Of a stretch of 64,000 nt of DNA, positions 30,690-44,075 are shown one piece after another (within the stretch, counting starts at the first letter, position 1; each line of letters begins with the position of its first letter). The stretch covers positions 651,546-715,545 of the forward strand of contig WELA01002258.1 of NCBI GenBank assembly GCA_009602735.1, read 5' to 3'. The stretch comes from Mesotaenium endlicherianum. Taxonomy: Eukaryota. Position numbers and translations under genes: made by a program. The notes below the pieces were generated by a model. It did no database searches. It was not told the origin of the DNA and saw only the letters and a list, made by a program, of their open reading frames with translations.

Positions 30690-31193
30690 TGTTGACTGAC
30701 CCCTCAGTCATGAGTCAGTTGACCACTTGAAGTTGACTAAGTTGACTCTGCTGACGCTATAATATGTCATTCATTCAGTTGACCTAGAATTGCTTACTAT
30801 GTGTTCACACTAGTACTAGCTTATCTAGTTCCAACTAGACTAGTGTTTTTCGTTCACACTTGCAGGACCTAGTCAGTTGTCAAATCTGTCACCTGCTGAC
30901 ATATGTGTTGACTAGAAGTTGCCAAGTGCGTTGCATCCTAGCTAAGCATTCTAGCAGCAACTAGTCACACACACTAGCTAGCCAGAGCAGTCCAGCAGAC
31001 ATAAAAGATTACACAGCATGCTTATAATTCACTCTGCAAAATCAATATCATTTATGAAGAAAAGCTTCACCTTGTAATTCAAAGTCTGAAAGTCAAACTT
31101 TATCACTTTAAAAGATCCTCATGTAAAGTTTATTTATACTTTACTTTCTACTAAAATCTGCCAGACTCTAGCCATGGCAGAGATTAATCAACA
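30690..31193 (+). repeat. Copia 3' LTR (504 bp)
   Basis: Follows the PPT; matches the 5' LTR except for an extra CCCCTCA at 30700-30706 and one C/T difference. Confidence 0.97.
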
Positions 31194-31599
31194 ACCTTCA
31201 CACACAGCTGTAGGCTCGAGGGAGCTGGCTGTGCTGGAGGGTGCTGGTCTTTTAAGGGAGCCATTTCTGGGCTGCTAGGGACCCTTGCAGCTCTTGGAGG
31301 CCTTGGGCCCCATGGGCAAGTCTTGTCGGCTTGCATCATGCAATCGTAACGTGTTTTTACAAGTGATGGACTAAAAGACAATATACTGAAAGAGTCTAGA
31401 GTCTCGAGCAGGTCTAGAGTTTAGACCAGTATATAGACCATGCAGTATAGACCTATCACCTCCACGCTACATTGTCTCGATTTGACCACGTTTTGACTCT
31501 GATTTGACAAGCTTATACATAAGCCCACAAGCACTTATATAAGTAGTATGTACCAATGGTATGTGTTGACCAAAAAGTCTTTGAACTTCTACCAATGCA

Positions 31600-34500
31600 G
31601 CACTTCCAAAATTCTCGAAGCACACCAAGGCCGGGAAACTCAACATCGAGCTGACTGGAATTCAGTCAAACCTGACATCATTGAATTGCTAGCCTCAGGA
31701 GCAGCTCAGGATCGAGTGTGATTGGACGTTTCCTCCAATACCATGACAGGACGTTTCATCCAGCTTCATCCAGTTTTATCCAGCTGCGATATAGTATATA
31801 AGGTTCTGTTGAAAGCTTCTATTGGCACAGTCGACCCCTCGGCTACACAGGTTGTGCAGACTGATTTTGCGAAGGTAACAGCTGGCCAAAATATTTATGC
31901 CCGCAAGCGAGCTCTCTGAGGCATTCACGACCCCGGTGAGACCTCAACGCCCCCGGTCATATACAGGTAAAAGCGCCATGTCATCGTCGCATTTTACAAC
32001 CGCAACAGCTTGTTTGATGAGTTTCAAAAAGACGTATCGTGTTGTTGGTCTATCATACGTCAACAAAAGCGTCATTTATAGGAGAAATATGGGCAGTCTT
32101 ACACATTAACATTGATAGTGTTCGCAATATGAGCCCAAGACTTTCTCTTCGTGCACGCTTAGCTGTAGGCCAATCGATGAGCTTCATTGCTTACAGTTCT
32201 TTTCATCTTTGGCAAGTACTGAAGGACGTCTGCATGACTGCAAGCAGCTTGAGGCAATATATGGCAGGGACAGTGTTGTTGTCCACGTTACTATATAACT
32301 TATCAGCTGACACGTGACGTTCTAATCGTATGGTGCTCTCAGTGCAGCAGTTTGAACACAAAAAAGAAGATGGCCTTGGCGAGTGGGAAAGTGGCTGCAA
32401 ACCTTCTCTTCCTGCTTATTGCTGCAGGTAAATGACGCTATATTCTACACATATGAAAGAAATCCACAATATATAGTTTTAGGTGATTTAGAGTGATTGC
32501 TTGAGTGCATGGTTGTAGTACACTAGTTTTCTCATTGTATATATGTAGCTCTTTGCGTTTCATTGATCGATGTATGAACTTATATGAATGGGTGCCAGAA
32601 TGCAATAGTGATTCAACATGTCTGGGCTGAAGGAGGTTGTTTTTCTTTGGCATCTAAATACAGCTATTGTTGGTGTGAATACAGACGGATGAAGACACAA
32701 ATTCAAAGTCTTCCCTCTATCCTACCCAGAGATGAGCTTACATGCTTGTATTGCTGTCGCCATCGTCACGTATGTCATTGGCAGGCGCACTTCATAAAGC
32801 TCTAGCAAAGAGTAGCACAGAGGAATGCAAGGATGTCGCCGGTACTTGCCTTACGGGCCACAACTGTACAGGTATACATAATACATTTTCTAGGGTGCAG
32901 TAATAAATTTTAAAAGAATTGCAGCTCATTAATGCAATGTCTTGGCCATTTACAGAAGTAAATATGTGCATGTGGAAAGTGGAAATTTTAAATGCACGCA
33001 GTATTATTATCATAACAAAAAAAATGTGTGCATGTGCCCAGCCATGTATTTGACTGCATAAACATTTGTTGTTTGAGCACTACATGTGCTCATGTGAAAG
33101 GTATCTATCTGAACTCATATACAGATATCTCCACCTGTCCCTATTCACGCCTGATTGATCCTTTTTCGTATCTAAGTACTGGTAGACTTCAGCTGCACGA
33201 TCTGCACTGCTATATATGAACCAAGGCCGGATACATTTGTTAAACATATCATATGCACAGTGATAAGGAGTCGGGACATTACGCTAAGTCAATCTGGCCC
33301 TCATTCTCTTCCGTTAATTTTGTGAATCTGAACAGGCAAGACACCCGTGCTCAAGATGTGCACCTCCCGCACTCCCATAAACACTAAGCTTATGAGTCGC
33401 ACGGCGGGCACTCCAAAGAAGAAGGAAGCCAAGAAGGAAGCCAAGCGGGTCGAAGTCCAAGAAGTGAAGAGCGCCCTGGCTGCTGCTCGCAGCTTGACCC
33501 CACGAGATAGATGTTACTCGTACTCTGTCTCTGTCTACCTGAGCTCCGGCAGATACCTTTGGTTCTCTCGCTTGCGACTTCTTCCCAACTATTACGCAGC
33601 CACATATGACGTTCTCGATCAGAACTACTACGGGGAAGATGTGGACATCACCACAGCCACTTTTTACATTACACGAAGGTCTTTTAGTTGTTATATTTAC
33701 AAAGCGAAATCAAGCCGCAGTGGGAGCAGATTCACTCTTTCGGGAACTTATTGCTGCTACTAAGGAGTCAGGAAAAGTTGCTTGCGTGCCAGTTGAGATA
33801 TTGGCCACGTAGTAGGACCAAGCTCACTCTTTTTGTATAGGAGCTTCATCCCGCCGATAAGGTGTTATATCAAAGTTGCTTGGCTGCAACTACAGAATCC
33901 AGATCTGGCTAAGTCTAGTCTAGCGTATATACATATATTTCAATATCATGTGCATCACCATTTCTGGAAAGATCAATAATATGTTTTAGATTTTGATGAT
34001 TGCCTCCAGCCCCCCTCCACTCTATATGCTGCAGCCTGCTATATACTCACATCACAGCAAGTTCTTGAGGACCCAGCATGCCTCGACTCTGTATGTTCTG
34101 ATTCGTAGGCGACGTGCCTACTCAGCCTTTGCGGGAGTTGGGAGCACAGAAGTTGGATTATTTTCACGCAGCTGAGCTTCATATGCCTTGTAAGTTGTTC
34201 AGCACCAGTCAAGAGTCAGCCCCATAGAGCCTTGATTTGAAATAAATTATGCACGTGTGGTACATATGATTGACAGTCGACTTGCCATCCTCACATCAGA
34301 CTGCAACTAAAGGATAGAGCACGCACATGTACCTGCGAGCTTCCTGCCAACTTATCCTCGAATGATTTTTCACACCTTGAGATGAGAACCTGATGTAAGG
34401 TTGTAACGAGTGAGACAGCACTACTACTTACTGTACAGGAGCAGGAGAGCGGCGGCAGCTTGATGGTTCTGCCCGCAAAAGTATGGTTTCGCTGAAATTT

Positions 34501-35330
34501 GGAATACAACGGTGCAGCCAACTTGATACGATGAGTCTTACGACAACGTCACCACAAAGTGGTAATCAAAGCAACCCAATAAAAGCAAAGCTAGAGTTCC
34601 CAACGCCCGATAACCGCATACGCTTTCAAAAGTGACTCGACTCAAGCCAAAGGGTACTTCACTAGTGAAGTCAACTGACGGTTGACCTCTGACTTCACTC
34701 CAGGAACACCTTGCCCACGCAATCGAGCGCCACAAGGCACTTTGGACCAGAGCAGCCACACGACCACCCGCGTCCCCTCGTGCCTTCGTCCCCTCGTCCC
34801 CACGTGCCCTTGTGCCTTTGTGCCAAAAGCAAACTACAGAAGAGTGAGCGCAGTACTCTTGTCGCATGCGGACAGTGGTGCATGTGCTTGCCCTTGAGGC
34901 TCGCACACGTCTGCGTACGTGGCTGGCCTGGCTACGCCATTTCTGCACAGGTGGAAGTCTCTGAGCCTGCAAGTGAAACTTCTTCCATACCTGCACTTGT
35001 GCAGAAGGCCCGGGCATGCGCATGATGCAAGCGCAGCAACGAGGAGGTGGGATGGAGAGAGGCAGGAGAGAGGGAAGGAGGAGAATGAGGGGGGAGGGGG
35101 GANAGGAAGAAAAGAGTAAGAGATAGCCTGAAAGTGCGACACTCTCATATATACACCAAACCACAGGCACACACACACACACACACACACGCACGCTCGC
35201 GCACACGCGTGTCAACGCGCACACACGCAAGGGCATATAACACAAAGACACACATACACACTCATACCCATGCACAGGAGGGGGAGGGTATACTTCCCAA
35301 GGAAGGAGTCAGGTGCCCCCAAGCTGCATC
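31600..35330 (+). repeat. Left arm of an inverted segmental duplication (partner ~41410-44075)
   Basis: 31600-34070 and 35165-35330 align to the reverse complement of 41690-44075 and 41410-41580, including introns and flanks of paralogs B and C. Roughly 75-85% identity by eye. Confidence 0.85.
32370..33763 (+). CDS. Predicted secreted Cys/Tyr-rich protein, paralog B (~190 aa, unknown family)
   Basis: Exons 32370-32427 (MALASGKVAANLLFLLIAA), 32785-32871 (EECKDVAGTCLTGHNCT), 33336-33763 (VLKMCTS...CYSYSVSVYL...SCYIYKAKSSRSGSRFTLSGTYCCY*). GT-AG, phase 1/1, 573 nt in frame. A possible extra micro-exon lies near 33125-33181. Confidence 0.75.
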
Positions 35331-37908
35331 CAGGTGTCAGTTTCTCGGGGGGCAGCTCGTACCGTCTTCGGTGCCGGCCACACACGGGGCCCGGGACACA
35401 GCTCGCCATTCAGCGTCTGCGCAGGTGTCAAATCAGGGGTGCCGCTAGAATGTAAGCATATCTGCACACATTTATGTCCGTTGCACAAAGGGCAACGTAA
35501 GGGGAACACCAGAGGTGCCAGAAGGAAAAGCGAGCATATTGCATGCTTGAAGAGGGCGCCAGACGTGACTGAATTGCGCGGATGAGATCGCGTGTGGTGT
35601 TGCAACCCGGCGGCAGGCTCTGTGTCTTTCCTGACCGGCATTAACCAGCACCAGCGTTGACTAGGTCAACTTCTTACACGACACTCGGACGCGCGCTCGG
35701 CCCGGCGCCAAAGCACGCGCACACTTGTTAACAGACGCACATGGGTGCGCGCATGCACGCCCAAATGAACGCCTGTAGAAAAGTAGAGTAGTAGGCCAAT
35801 CACAGCAGGCGCCACGAGAGCGTCACATCAGACCACCCGTGCACCCACTCGCCCCCCCCACCCGTTTACTGTCTCCCACAGACAAGAATGAGCGTAGTAA
35901 GCTTGGGCAGAGCCGCGGGGAAGGATGAGGGGCGGGGGCGGAGGCTGTGGGCTGGGGGCGGGGGAGAGGGGAGAAGCAACGTAGAGAGTTTTGGAGATTT
36001 ACGGGTGGAGGAAATTGAGGGACGCCTCAGGGTGGCAGTCTACACTCGCCAAGTGGCCCTCGTGGAGGTGGCCCGGCGTCCGCAGGTAGGGATTGCGCAC
36101 CTGCGCGCTCTGTCCTCAACCAGCAGCAGGCCAGGAATGGTGGCGGGGTGCACTGAAAGAATACGAGCCCTAATTGGGCGAAATAGAAAATGGCACTTTC
36201 CTTCACTTAGAAAGTGGAGCTTGCCATGTGCTCTAATGAATGTACACAAATATGTACGGAATTGTGGCATGTTGCCATTTCATGCCATTTGAGGACAATG
36301 GTGGTGTATCCATTCACTTGACAAATGGCTTCATGCAATTCATGACTGAAAATGGTCATGCGTCACCTGTGAGACCTTTATTGAAATAATAAATTTCAAT
36401 ATTACAATCAGGAACTTGAGGGCGAGAATTGCCTCTAGGGCCTCGCACTACTATTGCTCCACTGCTATTGCTGCTTTACATCACTAACACTGCACAACAC
36501 ATTACTGGATTTAGCCACCTACACACTATCAACTCCTTAAATTTGGCACTAAAATTACGGTCTAACCACACATCCTATAGGCTGCCTATACATAATACTC
36601 AGTGCCATACATATTCTAGGAAATAAAGTCTGCTGTTCTACAACTAGAGTATAATTGCATGTTTCGGAAACCCCGCCCACCACATGAAAGCAGTCACTTA
36701 AGACTAAATGGCTGCCCAAACTATCACAACTGTCACATCTCCCCTCACACACACATACGTAAACCTCCCCACACAAATGCAACCCTCCCATACAAAACAC
36801 CTACTCAAGAGTGGAACAAAGGGAAGGAAGCTGGAAAGGGATGCTTATAAGCAATAGTCACTAACTCCTGGCAATGGCGGACATTGGCACGTTTGACATA
36901 GGTTGGTAGCTCTGAATCACCCATGAGAAGTGGTAGGTTTTGGGCTAAGGTGACCGTCTTGAAAGGAGAAAGAATCACTTTGATAATTAGAAGCAGCCCG
37001 AGTGCTTGATTTGTCAACCACCTCGGAAATAACCTGACTTGAACATCTTTCTCTGCTCGTAACTAGTGCCAGGATCATATCTAAGAAGGGCAGCTGTGAA
37101 AGGGTGAAGGAGAAGGGACTTATGACAATCTCCTTGCTTTTTCCGTTCCATGCCCTCAGCCTTCCCCTGTCGCCCCCCCTCACTGCCCCTCCTTTTGCCC
37201 CTTTGCCCTCCTCTAGATAGCAGACAAGATCATGTGACAAAATCCAATTACGCTTGCACTCACTCACACCCACGAACTCTAGCGTCGGGACTAACGTACG
37301 GGAAACATCGATAACATTTTTCAATTTAAACGTCTTGTCACGCCTGCAGGTCTCTTTTTCGAGGTAAGGTGCACTCTTGATTGCCAAAAAAATCTATTGG
37401 ACCCTGTTGTCTACCTCTTTATTTCTCACGTCCCTTTCCTCATGTCACTCCGACTTCAAGCAAAATATCAAAGAATAGTAGCTACAAAAAAAGACACGAA
37501 AATAAGGGCAAAAGAAGCTAGGAGGGGGAAAGAAGAGGGACTCACAAACTCAGTTGCTTACATCGCCGCACCTTCGCTTTGCAAGTTTGCAGTTATTCCT
37601 GTGCAGCCCTTGTACTTCCCTTGTACTGTCCGTGCTATATCTAGGTGTACGAGCTCGCAAAGGAGCAGCAATGAAATAATTTTTGACGTCTGACGTCTGT
37701 AAGTGAGGGCAATTGTGAATGGGGTGCACGCCAAGTTTGAACAAGGTTCATACGTTTGTCAAGACTCGAGAGCGAGAGCCCCAAATCCAAGCCCTTGAGC
37801 CCAGTGCTTGTCCACGACTATTAAGGCCCGGTTTACAGCAAATCGAACGCAAACAGATTGATTGGAAAGTACGACGCTGTACCTGGAGGTACATTTTCAA
37901 ATTGAGAG

Positions 37909-40075
37909 CGACGACGGAGCACTTACGACGGGAGCTGCAGGCGCCGACATCGACGCTCCTCCAAACCCGACGCGCATTGCACTGATACCTGTCAGCAGCG
38001 TCAGAGCAGGCGGTAGCGCAGCCCTTGCGCGCACGCCCAGCACTGACACCTGGCAGCCCCAGCGCTTGCCTCATGGCGCAGCAGCAGCTCTGCAGCCACG
38101 CGCACATCTGCATGACGACGGAGCGTCGACGGGAGCTGTGGGCGCCGCACAGCGACGTGTCTGCAGCCTCAGTGCACCCCGCGCTGACACCTGTCAGCAG
38201 TGACAGGGCATGCGCCAACATGCTGACGGATGGCAGGCCCCAGGCCTGCGCAGCTCTGTCAGCCCACGCTGCACACGGCCCCGTTGTCAGGTCGACACAG
38301 CCGCCATGCGCACGTCCGCACGACGACGGAGCGCTCACGACGAGGGCCGCACACGCCAACAGCCATGCGTCTGCACACTCCGAGCGCCCCGCGCTGACAC
38401 CAGTAAGCAGCGACCGGGCGTACCCTAAGAGGCTGACAGGTGGCAGGCCCCAAGCCTGTGCAGCCCTGGCAGCCGACTCCGCGAGCGGACCCACCGACGG
38501 GCTCACGCAGCAGCCTGTGCAGGCAGCGCACACGCTGACGCACGCGCTACTTGCATACACTGTCCTGCTGTCACCAGCAGGGCTGCCCCTCGCTAAAACA
38601 GTGACAGGTGGCGACCTGACGCGGAGCCACCCAGCCACCTCGACTGCAGCGTCAGCAGCCGTGCGTGCTGCAGCCACTCAGACGCGAGCAGCGCTGCGCA
38701 CGAGCGAGCCGAGACGAGGCAGCCGCTCGCTGCTGGCTGCTGCTGGCAGCAGGTTCCCGCAGCTGCTGCCACGTGTCGCGCACGCAGCTTCCCCAGCGCC
38801 AACTTTTGATAGCAGTAGGGCCGGGCGCACGTGCTCACCGGGCCAGCATTGCAGGCTTTGCTGCGCGCAACCGACAGCAGCACGATCGGCTTAGCCCCCG
38901 CAGCAGCTGCGCACAGCAGCTGCGCACACGCACCGCCACACGGCACGCACGCACAGCCTGGCACGGCTGGATGCGTACGGACGGGCAAGGCCGGCACTCA
39001 CGCGTCGGCAGCAGCGTCCCGAAGTGCGCTGTGCGGCCCGATTTTTGACCGCCGTCTTGACAGAGCGCACAGGTCCGCAAACAGCCAGGGCTTAAACCCT
39101 GGCTGCGCGCAAAACCCTGGCGCATCTGACGTGTGCGCCAACGCATCCGCGACAAGCGCACGCGCCGTGGTGAGCACGCTCTGTACTTCGTCCGAGGCAG
39201 GAGGCACCCGCGGGACCGACAGACCGGGAACCCAGGACAATCGCGCCACCAGCGCCTCGGTGGCGCCACTTGGCGACCTGGCAGGAGCCCCAGCGTCGTG
39301 CATGGCAGCGCTGTCAACACACGTACAGACGCCGGCGGGAGCATGACTCTGCGAGAGACATGCTCAGAGGAGCGCGACGCCATCTCCACTACCCCAACGA
39401 CTAGACGACAAAGCGCCGCTGACAGCACGTAGCCATCTCGCGACAGCGCAGCGTCACTTGGGCGCAGTCACAGCGCTGCAGCCGAGCGCACGTCTGCCCC
39501 ACGATGGAGCGTCCACGACTGGAGCTCCAGGCGCCAACGACGACGCACCTGCAGGCTCTGCGCGTCCCGCGCTGCCACCTGTCAGCAGCGACAGAATGCG
39601 CCCTGACAGGCCGACAGGTGGCAGGCCTCAGGCCTGCGTAGCCCCGACAGTCGATGCTGCGAGCAGGCACTGACGGGGCCGCGCAGCGGCCAGCACAGCC
39701 AGCGCAGACGCCGACACACGCGCCCCTGGCCTGTGCTGTCCTGCTGATGCCAGCAGGGCTGCCCACCGACTGGGCGGAGACAGGTGGCGGAGGAGCGCGT
39801 CGACAGCGCCGCTCCAGCATGCGCAGCTTGTCAGCACCACAGCGTCCGCAGCATCTGGGCACAGCACCTGCGTGCACACGTCGACACGTGTGACGCGCGC
39901 ACGCCCCGGCACAGGCAGATGCGATCTGGGGGTCGCGGCCGACATTCACGCGCAAGGGAGGGCATCCCCGATTGCGCTGTGCGACCCGATCGCCGGCCAG
40001 AGCTTCGACGACGCACTCACGGCTGCGCACAACCAGGGCTTAACCCTGGTTGCGCACAAAACCCTAGCGCACGCG
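37909..40075. repeat. GC-rich degenerate ~205-bp tandem repeat plus an internal direct duplication
   Basis: Units starting GACGACGGAGC at ~37910, ~38114, ~38322 and ~39500 share GCGCTGACACCTGTCAGCAG and GTGGCAGGCCCCAGGCCTG. 38320-39125 is loosely repeated at 39500-40075; both end in AGGGCTTAA(A)CCCTGG...AAAACCCT. Confidence 0.75.
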
Positions 40076-41409
40076 CAATTTGCGCTGCCGGGGTTGCGAT
40101 CAGCGCACGCACCAAGGGGGGGGCGCCACAAGCTTCGCCCGGGCCAGCCGCACTCCAGGCCACCGACAGGTTGGCGTTACGACCCGTCCGCCCCAGGAGC
40201 TACCTGGGGGCGCCGCTTGGCAGCCCCGCAGCAGCCCCGGACGCTACGCACGTCATCTCGTTGGCATTGCACCGCATGCCGGGACTCTCCTTCGACGATC
40301 TTGGCGTGACGTTGGAGACGACGCGGCCGGCAGCCCAGCTGCTGCTACAGCCATGCAGTTCCAGTCTACGCACCGCTGCCGGCAGGCCAGCGTCCGATGT
40401 CGCCGCCGCAGTGCTCTCCGCGCCCCGCGCGACCTCCGCACGAGCGCAGGATGATCAGCTATTCTAACGCCGCGTTTCTGGATAACGCGCACGGAATTGT
40501 CCCCGTCTTTCGTCCTCGTCCTCGTCCATTATCCCGGTTGAGGGCCGACAATGTTGTGGCGGCCGTATCATTGCGTGCACATAATTGCGAGGCGGCCTTA
40601 TACTGTCTATTGGGTTGCAGCAGCATTCTAAGATGACTGTAGCCGTAGCTATAATCTCTCCTCATATGTCAGTACTCTACTTAGGGATCACTTACCTTGC
40701 AACACCGCATGCAGGTTAGCATTAATGCCATATTTTAGATGTCTTTACTTCCACTCAATCACTATATGAATTTTGTGGCCCTACTGTGCTAAGAATTTCT
40801 TGAGATATTCAACAACTTTCTTTGATGAGTCGTTTTTTATTCCGTCTGTTCTTCACATGCGCAGCATACTGTGCCACTTGATTGGCGTGATGGTTGGGCT
40901 TTGATGTCTTTGCGTATACACTCTCAGTGAATTCGGCCTTTTGAAAGTCAAGTGCAACGACTTGATACGTGTATCGAGAAGTGTTTAGCCACACGACTAT
41001 GTTGTGTTTAGGTTGTGCATTTACGATGATTTGGCTTGTTTCCTAGACCATGTTAATGCTGAGGTATAAAATGCTTGCAATAGACATGGTATATTAAGCC
41101 ACAAAATATGTGAATGTATATGCCATGTGCATTATGAGAGCGCTCTGAAAATTGCAAAATCACAATTTACATCAATTTTGCCTTGTTGTTCATGTCAACT
41201 TAGTGAAGCTGAGGGGATGATAATGTTCTTATGCACACTTCGTGCGAATGTGAATGTCTCTCAAGTATACTTCAGCTCAGCGGCTCTAACTTGCACATGG
41301 TGATGTAAGGCCCTATTTCTTGCTACATGCAAAATAATATGAGGTCAACCTTTTATATGGGAAAAACATCACATGAGCATTGGCAGACTGGATTTACATG
41401 CTGGCTCTT

Positions 41410-44075
41410 ACATGGATGCAGTATGGGGGCACCTGACTCTTTCCTTGAGAAGTGTACACTCCCCCTTCTGTGCATGCGTATGAGTGTGTATGTGTGTCTT
41501 TGTGTTGTATGCCCATGCGCGTGTGCGTGTTGACACGTGTGCCTGCCCGTGTGTGTGTGTATATGTGTGTGTGTGTGTATTGGGTTTAGTTTGGTTGCCA
41601 CTGAACAACGCAAGGAGCATGGTGAAGCTGCTGTGAGACTCATCACACCAAGTTGGCTGGACAATTGAATCCCAGATTTCAGCAAAACCATGGTTGAGGC
41701 TTGCAGGGTCCTCAAGAGCTTGCTGTGATCTGAGAACGTGGCAGGCTGCAAGCATCAAGATGGGGGGGGGGCTGGAGGTTATCATAAAAAATCATAATGT
41801 TTAATTTCTTCTTCCAGCATTGGCGATGTACATAATCTTGAAATTCATGTATATGTTAGACTAGATTTTTCCAGATCTGGATTCTGAAATTGCATCAAAT
41901 CAATTTTGATTTGACTCCTTATTAGCGGCATGAAGCTCCTATGAAAAGGGTGAGCTTGGTCCCACTACGGCCGAGACCTCAACTAGGACACGAGCAACTG
42001 TTTCCGACACCTCAGTAGCAGCAATAAGTGCCAGAAAGAGTGAATCTGCTCCCACTGCGGCTTGCTTTCGCCTTGTATATGTAACAGTTAGTAGACCTTC
42101 TAGAAATGTAAAAGATGGCCGTCATTATGTCCACATCTTCCCCGTAGTAGTTCTGATCAAGAACATCATATGTGGCTGCGTAGTAGTTGGGGAGAAGTCG
42201 CAGACGAGAGAACCAAAGGTATCTGCCGGGACTCAGGTACACAGAGACAGAGTACGAGTAACAGCTATCTCGTGGGGTCAAGCTGCGAGCAGCTGCCAGG
42301 GTGCTCTTCACTTCTTGGACTTCGACCTGCTTGGCTTCCTTCTTCTTTGCAGTGCCCGCCGTGCGCCTCAAAAGGTCGGTGTCGATAGCAGTGCGGGAGG
42401 TGCACATCTTGAGCGTGGGTGTCTCGCCTGTTCAAATTTACGAAATAGCGGAAGAGAATGACTGCCAAGTTGATATAGCTTGATGTCCCTATCACCGCGC
42501 ATATGATGTATTGAACAACATGTGATCCGGCCTTGGTCCAGGCACTGCAGTACAGATCATGCAGCTGAACGCTACCAGAACTGAGATAACAAACAGGGTC
42601 AATCAGGCGTGAATGGAGACGAGTGGATGTATCTACTTTCACATGAGCACCTGTAGGGTTCAAGCAACAAATGCATATGCATACACATGGCTGGGTCCAT
42701 ATAGCATTCAGCACACAAACGTTTTTTTGTGTTACAATAATAATACTGCGTAGGTTTCCAAACTTGCACTTTCAACATAAATTTTACAACTGAGAATGGC
42801 CAAGACGTGCATATTTGTGCAGCTATTAACTCATGGACGTTCCGTATAAAATGTATACCTGTACAGTTGTGGCCTGTAAGGCAAGTGACCGCAACATCCT
42901 TGCATTCCTCTGCGCTACTCTTTGCAACAGCTCCATGAAGTGCGCCTGCCAATGACGTACGTAACGATGGTGACACAGCATTACAAACATGTAAGCTCAT
43001 GTCTTGGTAGAATTGAGGGAAGACTTTGTGTATTTCCTGCGTCTGTATTCACACTGACAATAGCTGTATTTGCATGCACAACAGAAACACCCTCCTGCAG
43101 CCCAGGCATATTGCATCATCATTGCGTTCTGGCATCCACTCCTAGACATGTTTCTGTTCATCAATGGGACAAGAATACTACATATACTCTACTAGAAGAG
43201 CGTCAATTACCTGCTGCAATAAGCAGAAAGAGAAGCTTTGCTGCCACTTTCCCACTCGCCAAGGCCATCTTCTTCTTGCGTTCAAACTGCTGCACTGACA
43301 GCACCATATGTGATTGGAACGTCACCTGTCAGCTGATAAGTTATACAAACGTGGACAACAGCACATTCCCTGTCATGACCTCATGCTGCATGCAGTCATG
43401 CAGACGTCCTTCAGTACTTGGCAAAGGTGAAAAGAAGTGTAAGCAATGAAGCACATTGATTGGTCACAGCTAACTAAGCATGTGCAAAGAGAAAATCATG
43501 GGCTCATATTGCCGTTGCGCCCGTTGAGCCCGTTGACTACCAACGTTAATGTGTAAGACTGTCCATATTTGTCCTGTAAATGACGCTTTTATTGAAATGT
43601 AATAGACCAACAACACGATGCATTGTTAAGGAACTCATCAAATGAATAAGCTGTTGCGGTAGTTAAATGCAAAAGACGACATGGCGCTCTGTATATAACC
43701 GGGGGCGTCGAGGTCTTACCGGGGTACGTCGTGAATGCCTCCAAGAGCTCGTTTGCGGGCACGAACACCGGGTCAGTTTTTTGGCCAGACGTTACCTTCG
43801 CAGGGTCAGTCTGCTGAACAACAGCGTGTGTAATCGAGGAGTCGATTATGCAAGGAGAAGCTTTACACGAACCTTATATATACTGCTCGACGCCACTGGA
43901 TGAAACTGGATGGAACATCCTGTCGTGGTTCTGGAGGAAACGTCCGGTCTACTCCCGAGCTCTGCCTGAGCTGCTCCTGAGGCTGACGATTCAAAAAATG
44001 TCAGGTTTGACTAAATCCAGGTCGACTCGATGTTGAATCCCCGGACCTTGGTGCGACTCGAGAATGTTGGAAGTG
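41410..44075 (-). repeat. Right arm of the inverted segmental duplication
   Basis: Reverse-complement similarity to 31600-34070 and 35165-35330. Confidence 0.85.
42012..43268 (-). CDS. Predicted secreted Cys/Tyr-rich protein, paralog C (~186 aa, unknown family)
   Basis: Exons 43268-43211 (MALASGKVAAKLLFLLIAA), 42945-42859 (EECKDVAVTCLTGHNCT), 42427-42012 (TLKMCTS...NCYIYKAKASRSGSRFTLSGTYCCY*). 561 nt in frame. The first two exons have the same sizes as in paralog B (58 and 87 nt). Confidence 0.75.

Larger units (their letters stand above)
24607..31193 (+). mobile_element. Full-length young Ty1/copia LTR retrotransposon
   Basis: TG...CA LTRs at 24607-25103 and 30690-31193, near-identical (one substitution seen plus a 7-bp indel). 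5-bp TSD ACCTT at 24602-24606 and 31194-31198. PBS TGGTATCAAAGG at 25104 (close to the iMet-type TGGTATCAGAGC). PPT AGGGGGGCA at 30681-30689. Confidence 0.98.

Noticed and set aside
36000..37700. Short ORFs such as 36917-37387 (minus)
   Set aside because: No recognisable motif and no consistent exon chain could be built.
37748..40467. 200-300 aa Ala/Arg-rich ORFs on both strands
   Set aside because: Expected in high-GC repeats; the repeat units do not keep a common frame.
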